Positions 1 to 13,359 of a stretch of DNA of 64,000 bases are shown in pieces (positions within the stretch are counted from its first letter, which is position 1; each line of letters begins with the position of its first letter). The notes under the pieces are model-generated. The model searched no databases, was not told the origin of the DNA, and saw only the letters and a list, made by a program, of their open reading frames with translations. Location: assembly GCF_009914755.1 (NCBI RefSeq), contig NC_060936.1, one strand, 5' to 3'. Source of the stretch: the human T2T-CHM13v2.0 reference genome, Homo sapiens. The position numbers were made by a program, and so were the translations under genes.

Positions 1-796
1 TGTTTTTTTATCTAGCAAAATATATTTACATTTAATAGTGTATATTGGAATGATGGTATTCCAATAAATACTTGTGCCCTAATTTACTTAACCAAACTCT
101 AGTTATCGAACATTTAGGTTTTCAGTTTTTTTGGTCCTTATGATGTAATGAGCATTCTTGTTTATCTTTGTACCTATGTTGTTTCCTTGGCAAATTCCGA
201 GAAGTAGAATTACTGAGCCAATGCATCTTTTTAAAGCTTTTGACATGTATGATAGTGTGGCAGGATTCAGTTTCTCTTTAGCCTTTTTTCTGACTTTAAA
301 GGTAATGGTTGATTTTCATTGGAAAAACAGAAAAAAACGATGAAAAGGAAAACAGAGATCACAACCATTACTAATGCTCTTGTGTATAGTTTTCTAGATC
401 ATTTTGCTGCTTCTATAAACATACTTGTCTCTTAAAACCAAATGGGATCATAATAGAAATAGTCTCATATATTGCTTTTTACCATTTAATTACATTGAAT
501 GGTCATCTTTTCATGTCATTTATATAGAGTGACATGATTTTTAAAGCTGCATATTATTTCATTGTATAGCTACATTATGAATGGCCAGTTGGTTGATGGA
601 CAATTAGATTGTTTAAGCATATTCATCTGGTTATTTTCTTAGGATACTTTTTTATAAGTGGAATTTCTGGGTCAAATAGTATGTGCAGTTTAAATTTTAA
701 TACAGATTGCCAGACTGCTCTCCAGAAGGGTACCCTGTTTTACATGCCTACCAACAGTGGTTGAAAGTGTTCATTTCCTCTGATTCTAGCTAATCA

Positions 797-877
797 CCTC
801 CTCTCCTCTCCTCCCTCCCTTCCCCTCCCCTCCCCTCTTCCTGCCCTCCCCTCTTCCTGCCCTCCCCTCTTCCTGCC
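797..877. repeat. C/T-rich tract including 3 perfect 16-bp units CTCCCCTCTTCCTGCC (830-877)
   Basis: Read directly; lies at the tail of the adjacent antisense Alu. Confidence 0.9.
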
Positions 878-1187
878 CTTGCCCTTTCTTTGACAGGATC
901 TCACCAGGATGTCACTCTGTTGCCCAGGCTGGAGTATAGTGGCATGATTTCAGCTGAAATCACTGCAACCGCCACTTCCTGGGCTCAGGTGATCCTTCCA
1001 CCTCAGCCTCCTGAGTAGCTGGGAGCACGGGTGTGCACCACCACACCCGGCTAATTTTTGTATGTTTTGTAGAGTTGAGGTTTCACTGTGTTGCCCAGGC
1101 TGATCTTGACCCCTGGGCTCGAGTAATCCACCCTCTTCAGCCTCTCAAAGTGCTGGGATTACAGGTGTGAGCCACTGTGCTCAGCCC
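878..1187 (-). mobile_element. AluJ-like
   Basis: Antisense Alu with J-type ctgggctc/gatcc motifs; AGCTAAT on both sides of tail+element. Confidence 0.9.
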
Positions 1188-1915
1188 CAGCTAATATTCT
1201 TGTTACTCCTTTAGTCTTCAGAAATCTGATACTTTAAAAATGGTAAATTTTTCTTGTTCTCCTTTGATTACCGGTGAGATTTTGGCCATCTGTGCTTTTT
1301 GTTTTGTGAATTGTGGCTCCCATCCTTTGTTTGCTTTTACCTCCTTTACCTATTTTTTCTCTTGACGTGTTTTTCTTTTTCTTACTGTTTTATTAGAATT
1401 TTCTATAAAAAATAATTTTCTATAAAAATAAGGATTGAAGCCCTGATCTATCATATGTGTTACAAATAAGTATTTTTTTAAAACTTCTTTGGTCTTGAGT
1501 TTAATTTATATTGCTTTCTACTGTATTGAAGATTTGAATTTTTATGTAGTTAAATACACTTTTATATAGTTAAGTGCAGTTTTTCTTTTTGTTTGATATT
1601 TTGCTTTGGGGTCATGTTTACAAAGATTTCCTTCACTACAAGCTTACAAAAATATTTATTTTTATTTTCTAGTATTTTTAAATGTTTTCTATTTTCTATT
1701 TAAATTTTTAACCAACTGGAGTTTATTTGGAGCTGAAGTATGAGGCCCATTTTATGTTTCTTTGGAACTATGGATGTGTTCTTTCTCACTAGCTTTTGCA
1801 TCCTTTAAATTCTAGATATTTACTGTTTCTCTTAGCAGTGTGAGGTTAATGATGTTATACCTAAAATTTTTTGATCTCTAACAGTGCTGCTGATACTACT
1901 TTTTGTTTTTTAAAG

Positions 1916-2029
1916 GAACTTTGTGCTTTAATGTTTTCCCTGGATTGGATTAAAGCAAAAACAGAACTTGTAGGCCCTGCTCATCTGATTCATGAATTTG
2001 TGGAATACAGACATATACTAGATGAAAAG
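1916..2029 (+). CDS. APAF1: APAF1 exon 11 (114 nt, aa ~499-536, helical domain 2)
   Basis: tttttaaag|GAACTT...GAAAAG|gtatat; translates ELCALMFSLDWIKAKTELVGPAHLIHEFVEYRHILDEK, recognised as APAF1. Confidence 0.98.
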
Positions 2030-2477
2030 GTATATATATTAACATGAAAAATTAGTGCTAAAAAGGAATCTCATTTTTTTTTACATTTAATTCTAGATTT
2101 AATGATGGGAATGAGCAGAATAGAAGGGGTGAAGATAATTTCCCTCCTTTGATTTTTGGTTATTCTAATTAATTTGCTTCCTACCCTACTGGGAAAGTAG
2201 GTAGGATTGAAGTTTAAAAGCTAGGAAAATAAGATGTTCAGTGGTTTTTTTAAAAAAAGAATGTATTAAGAAATGTGTTTGATAATGAGATTTTTACCCT
2301 ATGTTTAAAAGTCAGAAGAGGATTACTATATATTTGTTACTTAATGGTTGGCTGTTCAATTTTAGTTCATATAAAGAATATTTCATTTAAGCTTTTAAAG
2401 TGGCAAGATCACAGAAATGGAAAAATGTCAGATCGTGGCTCTGATTGTGTTTCTAAGAGATTTCAGTTTATTTGTAG

Positions 2478-2662
2478 GATTGTGCAGTCAGTGAGAATTT
2501 TCAGGAGTTTTTATCTTTAAATGGACACCTTCTTGGACGACAGCCATTTCCTAATATTGTACAACTGGGTCTCTGTGAGCCGGAAACTTCAGAAGTTTAT
2601 CAGCAAGCTAAGCTGCAGGCCAAGCAGGAGGTCGATAATGGAATGCTTTACCTGGAATGGAT
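2478..2662 (+). CDS. APAF1: APAF1 exon 12 (185 nt, HD2)
   Basis: tttgtag|GATTGT...TGGAT|gtaagt; DCAVSENFQEFLSLNGHLLGRQPFPNIVQLGLCEPETSEVYQQAKLQAKQEVDNGMLYLEW(I). Confidence 0.98.
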
Positions 2663-2934
2663 GTAAGTAGGTTAGGAGAGAAACCAAAGGGAGTGGTGCG
2701 CTAACTATATCATTATTTTTCAGGTGGTGAATACGATCACTCCAGGAGGATTTAACTACTTTCGAAAGGGCTGGAACTTTTAATAAGCATTCTTACTTAT
2801 TGAAAAGTTCTAGAGAAGTAAGCATAGGAGAAAATGATTGTATTTTCAAAGAATCCATATAAATAGATGCCTGTAAGGCATTTGGACAAATTATCCTAAG
2901 TATTCAGTACTAAGTGCTTGACTTACTGTAATTT

Positions 2935-3480
<546 letters not shown>

Positions 3481-3650
3481 ACCACTGAACCCTGATTATT
3501 CTGTCTCTTAAAGGAGTCTCTTTTGCTCTTACCTTAATCTTGTAAGGAAAGGTATAATCTTACCTTTCCTTATAAAAAGGAAAGGATAGCTATTAATACC
3601 ATCTTTTTAATGCCTGTTATAATGCTACATAATCAAGTTATTCTATTTAA

Positions 3651-4030
<380 letters not shown>

Positions 4031-4049
4031 TAAAATTGACCTCTGATTA

Positions 4050-4424
<375 letters not shown>

Positions 4425-4623
4425 TTATTTTGCATGCTCTTTCCATATGTCATGCTTCCCTTACAGCTTGAAATAATAAATATGAGTGGCTCTCTTTTCA
4501 TATGTATAATTTATATCTAAATAGAAGTCCAGGTTGGTATCTGTGATCTTTATGGCATTAGGCCCTCTTTCCAAATAAGTCAGACTACTGTAGGTGATTT
4601 TCTTGATTCAGTTTAGTTCAAGA

Positions 4624-4687
4624 AGCGTTTGAGTTTCTGTACTGTGCTAAGCACTAGCATTTGAGTTTCTCTACTGTGCTAAGCACT
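4624..4687. repeat. 32-bp tandem duplication (2 copies, 2 mismatches) in an L2-like remnant
   Basis: AGCGTTTGAGTTTCTGTACTGTGCTAAGCACT / AGCATTTGAGTTTCTCTACTGTGCTAAGCACT. Confidence 0.9.
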
Positions 4688-4940
4688 GTTACTAGATGTG
4701 AGGTCTTTCCCCTAAGGAGTTCAAAATCTCGTAGTGAAGAAAGGAGTTTAAGCAAATAATTACAATATAATGCAATGAGTATAACAACAGAACTATGTAT
4801 AAGTAGAGATAGAACTGATAAGTATTTGGCTTGGAAAAATGAGGAATTCAAGGGAGGGTTCCATGAAGGAGAGAATGGTATCTGAGAGAATTAAAATTTT
4901 TTTTTTAAGTTAAAATGTTTAATTTTTGTTGGTTTTATTT

Positions 4941-5240
<300 letters not shown>

Positions 5241-5378
5241 TAAATAATACATTCCTGATTAAGACAAAAAACAATAGTAATAGGATGTAAGATGAAAAGT
5301 CAAAGACTAGCCATTTCCCTCCTACCTTCCCACTTTCCAGAGTTGACCATTCCTTAATACTTTCTTGTGAAGTGGAGG

Positions 5379-5402
5379 TCTCTCTCTCTCTCTCTCTCTC
5401 TC
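5379..5402. repeat. (TC)12 microsatellite
   Basis: Read directly. Confidence 0.9.
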
Positions 5403-5549
5403 TGAGAAGCAGCCCCCTAACTTACTGAAGCTAGATTAGATCTGTCTGTATTCGAGAGAACTGTTTGCCCCATATCATAGGATTTGTCACACTTTATAGT
5501 GATTATCTGTTTACTTGGTTTTCTCTCATACTAGTCCATGTGTTCTGAA

Positions 5550-5805
5550 GTATAGAATAGTTTGGAGGTTAAAATAACATACCCTGGCTCTAGACTGCCT
5601 GGGTTTGAATCCCAGCTCTGCTATTGATTAGTTGTGTATCATAAGGGGAAAGTTATTTAACTTCCTTTGCCTAATGGTAGTATTTTATAGCATTGTTGTG
5701 AGGATTAAATTAGTGTATATATGTATATAAACGTATAGACATACATATAGTACTTAGAACAGCACCCAGTTCATAGAAAGTGCTCAATAAATATTAGTTG
5801 TTATT
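5550..5805 (+). mobile_element. MIR
   Basis: agactgcctgggtttgaatcccagctctgc...gtgaggattaaat...gtgctcaataaatattag. Confidence 0.8.
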
Positions 5806-6387
5806 AAGAATAGCATTTAGCATTTTTCTGGTCTGTATTCAGTATAAATTTATGGAAGATTGAATGAACTCATGTTTCAGTTAGTGGCTGAAATAGAATC
5901 TTAATACTTGGTCTGATCAAAGGGCATAGGTTTAGTTCTTGTTCTCTTATGAATTGTTGAGTTTCTTCCTGTTTTCTCCCATTGCATCAACTGCATTTCT
6001 CCTTGTGATGTTCTCTCATAGAATGGTTAGCTATTTATAGCTTATTTTTAAATTGTGTTTGACCAGTCCATATTCAAAGAATGCTTTATTTAAGTACTAG
6101 AAACTTTTTTGGTGTTTACTATAGAAAGGTTTAGGTTGGTATAAGCTTAAATTTAATTGAGTTTCTGTTTTCAATGAAATTATTTATTCACTCATTCATT
6201 TGTTATTTGTCTAGTACTTTTGGGCCATCTACTATATATCCTTTATTATGAAAGTCACTTTCTGAGCTTTGAGGAATTGAGTAGATAGATCAAGCAGACA
6301 TAAAGAACATTTTAAAATCTAATCCTCTTAACTTTGCTAGAACTTATCTGTTCTTCTAGTTGTCATCACTCTAGTTCTTATATTATA

Positions 6388-6726
6388 CAGTCGACCCTCC
6401 ATATCCGTGGTTCTATATCCATAGATTCAACCAACCTGGATTGAAAATATTAGAAAAGAAGTAGATGGTTATGTTTGTATTGAACATGTACAGACTCTTT
6501 TCTTGTTATTATTTCCTAAACACGATGGTATTACAACTGTTTACATAGCATTTACATTGTACTAGGTATTTTGAGTAATCTATAGATGATTTAGGGTATA
6601 CAGGAGGATGTGGTGGGTTACATGCAAATCCTATACCATTTTATGTAAGAGACTTGAGCATCCATGGATTTTGGTATCTGTAGTGGGTCCTAGAACCAAT
6701 CCCTCATCAATACTGAGGAACAACTG
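6388..6726 (-). mobile_element. MER2 (TcMar-Tigger family DNA transposon), full length
   Basis: Terminal inverted repeats CAGTCGACCCTCCATATC ... ATACTGAGGAACAACTG, TA duplication on both sides, ~340 bp, MER2-like interior. Confidence 0.88.
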
Positions 6727-6974
6727 TACTTGTTTGTTTTATCACTTCTACTAAAGTGTAATACTTTGTAGGCAGGATCTAAATATGATTTACCTTTGTG
6801 TTCACTTTTATCACTTGATCTGTCTTGTGTGTGGTTAAGTTTTTTGAAGAATGATAGTAGTGGCACCTTTATGTGTCGGGTGCTGTTTAGAATAGATACC
6901 ATTACTTCCATTTGACATATGAAGAAATAAAAACTTGTTAGGTTAAGTAATTTGCTCATTTACACACCTAATAA

Positions 6975-7449
<475 letters not shown>

Positions 7450-7577
7450 CCTTTATACTTTAGATACTATGAGCAGTAATATAATATCTATACTGGTGGA
7501 ATAGTTGATATTCATTAGATTGAGATACAAAGAATATGATGTTGCTTTATCTTTTTGGTATGTCTGAATAATTGTAG

Positions 7578-7938
<361 letters not shown>

Positions 7939-8366
7939 TAGGAAATGAGCATTTTGCTATGATTTTTATTTTAAAAAAGAGATGGAGAATTTTTGAAGGT
8001 ATCCTTGTATAATGATTTATCTGCACATGTATCATTATTAATGTATCAAAGGAAAATGGAAAGTGACATGTTGATTAACTAGATTTGATTAATTTGATTA
8101 ATTAGATTTCTTCCAACTCAGTGACATTTGTAACACGTGACAGGTTGCTTGATAAAGGGTAACATTTCTCTTACAAATGCTACTTTCGTTATTTTTTTTC
8201 TTTTGGTGATCTGTGCTGTCATTTGCATGTTAGTAATCTGATTTTAAGAATTTTGTATTTTGGGGAACATAACCATGTTAAAAGACAGTTTATTTTAGTA
8301 CTGAAAGAAAATAGTTACTTTTACTCTCATTTATTTAATTTCTGTTCATTTTTTCCCTGTATTTAG

Positions 8367-8493
8367 AAACAAAAAAAACATCACGAATCTTTCCCGCTTA
8401 GTTGTCCGCCCCCACACAGATGCTGTTTACCATGCCTGCTTTTCTGAGGATGGTCAGAGAATAGCTTCTTGTGGAGCTGATAAAACCTTACAG
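8367..8493 (+). CDS. APAF1: APAF1 exon 13 (127 nt, linker and first WD40)
   Basis: tatttag|AAAC...TTACAG|gtaaaa; NKKNITNLSRLVVRPHTDAVYHACFSEDGQRIASCGADKTLQ; completes the phase-2 codon of exon 12. Confidence 0.98.
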
Positions 8494-9231
8494 GTAAAAC
8501 ACATCTCTTGAGAAAAATGCAAAGAGGCATGTATCCAGTTTTGTGCAGATCAGAATATGTTTAAATCCTAAAATTCAAGAAAATTGCAACTTAGAAATAA
8601 CAGAGGAATCCAGCTCTCTTGAACATTTTATTAAAGGTTTCTCTAGAGATTTAAAAGATACAGTTACATGTTTTCCTAATTCTAAACTTACAGGTGGTAA
8701 GGAAGTGCCCTTTACCCTGCCAGTCAGTTCCCAGCCATCCATTTGTCAGCTAAGGGTAGTGAGGAAATAATTGTTAGAAGACGTAGGGCTTCATAGCACA
8801 GGGAATAGGGCTGTGATTAAAAAACAGTGATTAGGAAAATACCTATTTTATCAAAGTCTTAGGCATAGGTTTTTTTCTTGTAAATAGGAACTGGACTAGA
8901 CTATTTCCTAAGTTGTTTTAAAGAATTTCCTTTAAGATTCCCTTTGTTTTCAGAAAATATTAATGAGTACTTTTCTTTATGTTTGTGTTCTGCCTTTTGA
9001 TTTTGCAGAGAACATGATGAAATTAGTTAAAACTTGTATTTAGGATACTTTTAGTCTTTGCAAGATTATGACTCCATAGCTTATGTCTATATGTGTACTT
9101 TATTACTAATTTTATTAATCTTGGCTTTTGAGTTCCAGAGAGAATGCATATTAAATGAAATGTTTTATTTGATTGTTAAGAATTTGCCAAAATAGTCTCA
9201 AGAGCTGAAGCTGTGCTCTGACACTTCTTTT

Positions 9232-10999
9232 TGATGGCAGCGGCGGGCTGCCTGGAGTGGCTGCTGCCATCATGCTGGCTGCAGCAGGGAGGCGCAGCTG
9301 GGGCTGCATGCTCTGTGGAGCTGGCGGTAGCTGGGGACAAGCAGGAACCCTACCCCTTCTGAATTGGGGCAGGAGCTCCTGGTTCCTGCTGTAGCCACCC
9401 AAGCCACAGCTGTGGACCTGGGAACCCGCTCCATGGAGCAGGCCAGAGCCCTGCCCTCCTGGGTGTAGCTGTAGCCGCCCAAACCACAGCTGCAGGCTCG
9501 GGCCTCCGGCTCCACAGAGCAGGCAGGACCCCTTCCCCCTGGTGCAGCTGTAGCTGCCCAAGCGGTGGCTGCAGACTCAGGCATCCCTGTACTCTTGGGG
9601 GACCTGGAAGGACCCCCTGCCCTTGTAGGCTTGGAAGTGCCTGCTCCCGCTGCCTGACTTCTCCCTACTGTTGGCACCCACTCTGATCTTAGAGCAAAGC
9701 TGGGGCTGAGCCTGGGTGCTGTTGCAGCCCGGCCAGATGTGCACATGCTTGGGGCAGTGCTGACATGCCAGCCCCCTGCCGCCTCGGCCCCCTCCGGACT
9801 TTGGGTGCTGATGAGCATAGGAGGGAAGCCAAGGGGGTGCTGAGGGCAGTTTGATACTGGCCTGCAGGCTCCCCTTGGCACCTACAGCCTGGGTGCCATT
9901 CATGGCAGCAGGAGGCAGACAGGTTCCTGGGTGGAAGGGGGCGGGTCACCAATGAGGCCCCACCTTCAGGCCACAAAGGGCCTGAAGACTGGGGGCTGGG
10001 CTGCTGGTGTGGACTGAATGGACTGGAGTGGGAACTTGTAGTGCCTTTTCCAGGCTTGCCCATGTCTGCCCATGGACCAGTTGGCATGTACTTCCTCCCT
10101 TCTGAAGCCCATAAAAGCCTCGGGCTTAGCCAGTGCTGAGCAGACACTGGGACAACCAGCTGCAGAGAGGAGCAACCCACTCTAGTGCCCCCTCTTTGCT
10201 GAGAGCTGTGCAGATGACAGGAGGACCAGCTGCAGAGAGGAGCTACCCTCTCTGCTGATAGCTGAACACTTGTCAGGAGGACTTGCCTAGCAGAGAGGAG
10301 CTACCCTCTCCTGAGCTGTGGAAAGGAGCTGCCCCCCACAGGTTTATTGAGCTATTTTATCGCTCAATAAAGCTCCTGTTTGTCTTGCTCACCTTCCACC
10401 TGTCAGCGTACCACATTCTTCCTGGTTGTAGGACAAGAACTTGGGATCCCACTGAATGGTGAGGCTAAAAGAGCTGTAACACAAACAGGGCTGAGACATG
10501 CCCCTTGCTTGCCGCATTGCAAGTGAAGATAAGTAAAGAAAAGCTGCGGCCCTTCGGGGAGCCCAGACTTGGGAGCTCCCCAAGCTAGGGCTGTGACTCC
10601 CTCTTTGGGGCCCCGCGGTTCCTGGCATCTCCAAGCTTCTGGGCACCACCGTGTTCCCCGGTGCCAGCGTGTAAGCTGCTTGTGGTGTGCCTGGTCCAGC
10701 CACAGCCTCACAGAGAGCCAGAGCCCATGCTGGCACCTGGAGCTGCCTGCCCCGCTGCAGCAGTCAGCACGTCTGTGCGCAGTGGCTGGACCCCACGCTC
10801 ACTCACACACGCCTCGCTGTTCCACGCCTGACTCGCCCTTGGCAGGCTTGGGACCCAGGCTGGTAGTGTGAGCTGAATGCAGCCTGTCAGGCCAAGTGGG
10901 TGAAACAAGACCAGTGGGCCCAAGCAAAACTTGGGCAAAGGCGCCACCGGCCACAGAAGTTTCTGGCCAGAAAATCAACACCCCAAAGATCCTGTAACA
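9232..10999 (+). mobile_element. Full-length solo LTR, MER52 family (ERV1), sense to APAF1
   Basis: Ends TGATGGCAGCGGCGG...GATCCTGTAACA (TG..CA); 4-bp TSD TTTT; 1768 bp, GC-rich; GC box 9938-9945, CCAAT 9949-9953, ATAAAA 10111-10116 and AATAAA 10366-10371 all on + strand; family name from recalled consensus ends. Confidence 0.88.
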
Positions 11000-11218
11000 T
11001 TTTCATTGATATTTACAAACATGTAACAGTGAATAGTTCTCTAGTTATGTGAAGGCATACACATTCTGACAGAAATTCTGATTTTGGGAGTAGCTTTGCC
11101 AAGGTTCCTTTCTGTTTTGCAAAATGACAATGATTAAACTCACTTAAAGATTTTTATTGAATGATGACCAGTAGTTAAGCAGTTTATTATAAAAAATATT
11201 TTATTGTTACTTGTGCAG

Positions 11219-11344
11219 GTGTTCAAAGCTGAAACAGGAGAGAAACTTCTAGAAATCAAGGCTCATGAGGATGAAGTGCTTTGTTGTGCATTCTCTACAG
11301 ATGACAGATTTATAGCAACCTGCTCAGTGGATAAAAAAGTGAAG
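11219..11344 (+). CDS. APAF1: APAF1 exon 14 (126 nt, WD40)
   Basis: gtgcag|GTGTTC...GTGAAG|gtagga; VFKAETGEKLLEIKAHEDEVLCCAFSTDDRFIATCSVDKKVK. Confidence 0.98.
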
Positions 11345-11499
11345 GTAGGAAAATCTTTTCCTCTTGAGTTGTAATCACAACAGAATTCATTTTATTTTTC
11401 CATGATCATGAGACCAGAGTAAGTAGAGTTAAAGGACTCTCACCTGTTGATCTACTAACCTGATTCATTGTAAATTAACACTATCTGAAAATTCTTTAC

Positions 11500-11657
11500 T
11501 TTTTTTTAAAGAGACAGGATTTTGCTCTGTGACCCAGGCTGGAGGGCAGTGGCATGATCATAGCTCACTGTAAACTCCAATTCCTGGGCTCAAGTGATCC
11601 TCCTGCCACAGCCTTCCAAAGTGTTAGGATTATAGGTATGAGCCACTGTGCGTGGCC
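11500..11657 (-). mobile_element. Alu monomer (FLAM-like)
   Basis: Single arm; TSD TGAAAATTCTTTA. Confidence 0.88.
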
Positions 11658-12009
11658 TGAAAATTCTTTATTTTTAAACACCAGCAAAAATGCCTAGGTT
11701 GATCACCTCAGGATTAAACAAGCAGTGGGGAAAAGCAATGACAAATTAGTGAGTTTGTCTTCCATTAATAGACAAGTCCATGGGTTAAATATCAGTTGAA
11801 ATCTTTGAGTGCATTGTGATTAGGAGTGTTGCTGCACAAACTTGGGGATTCCTGTTGTAAGATACAATTTTAAAATGCAACCCCAATTTTTTTAATTTGC
11901 TTATGAACTGGCTTATATATTCAGTGGAAAACCAGATGGATGAACAAACTAATAATTACGTTACTGGTCTAAAAACATAAATAGAGAAAAGTAAACAGAG
12001 TAATTTTTA

Positions 12010-12303
12010 CTTATTTATTTTGAGGCAGAGTCTTGCTCTGACACCCAGACTGGAGTGCAGTGGTACAATCTCGGCTCACTGCAATCTCTGCCTCCAGGAT
12101 TCAATTGATTCTTATGCCTCAGCCTCTTGAGTAGCTGAGATCACAGGTGTGCACCACCATGCCCAGCTAATTTTTGTAGTTTTGGTAGAGACAGAGTTTT
12201 GCCATGTTGGTCAGGCTGGTATTGAACTTCTGGCCTCAAGTGATCCGCCTGCCTTTGACTCCCAAAGTGCTGAGATTATAGGCATGAGCCACTGTGCCCC
12301 GCC
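12010..12303 (-). mobile_element. AluS/J
   Basis: Full-length; TSD AGAGTAATTTTTA. Confidence 0.93.
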
Positions 12304-12954
12304 AGAGAGTAATTTTTATTTTTGTTAAGTATTCTCTTGTTCCTAAATTTGGCTTCTACCAGGAGCATTTATACTAATATAGAATTCAAGAGAAACTGAA
12401 GGCTTGTGGGGGTTATCACTGATATATGGAAGACAGACCTTACTTTAACCCTTTTTCAAAGGGGTTAAATCTGGAGTACTGGATGTAGCTAGGTGGAGTG
12501 GGCAAGAAATTTGCCTTGGGTGTTTTCCTGAAGTTTTCACCTACTGGAAGAGGGCTATGGAATGTCCAGACTAAATTTGAGACCTTGGAAAAATCTACCT
12601 CTTGATAGATTGGACTCGTGGCTTAACCAACAGTTAATTCACTCTGTAGTGTCTACTCTGACTCTGAGTCAGACTTGGAGGTGGCCACTGAGGGCAGTTC
12701 TAAAGTCAGAGCTACATGGAGTAAAAGGAAATAATAATGAGTTTCTGTTTTCTAAGCCAGAGGTAGAAATACCTATTAAAGAACTTTAAAATAAGATAAA
12801 CTCTCTGGACCTCTGGGGATTCTAATCAGTGCTTTGATAACATACAAAGGAAATGCCAAAGGACATTAGTACCTCTAAAAAGTCAAAATCCCAGTGAAGG
12901 TTCATTAGGTAATTTATTTCTTTTGTTTGTTGTTATATGGCATAGACTGCTTAG

Positions 12955-13294
<340 letters not shown>

Positions 13295-13359
13295 TGATGA
13301 TTACTTTTTACTGAAAACTGAACACTATAAGAGGCTATAAATACTACACACTTTGTCAT

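Larger units (their letters stand above)
400..1735 (-). mobile_element. Old L1 (L1M/L1ME-type) remnant, interrupted by an Alu
   Basis: Diverged antisense L1 3'-end motifs (gtggaatttctgggtcaaa, ttgccagactgctctccagaa, ccaacagtg); edges approximate. Confidence 0.6.

Noticed and set aside
10185-10198. CTCF-like motif on the - strand of the LTR
   Set aside because: Three mismatches in the 5' half of the core
9151-10981. Long overlapping ORFs up to 203 aa on both strands
   Set aside because: They lie within the GC-rich LTR, where stops are rare; no gag/pol/env motifs
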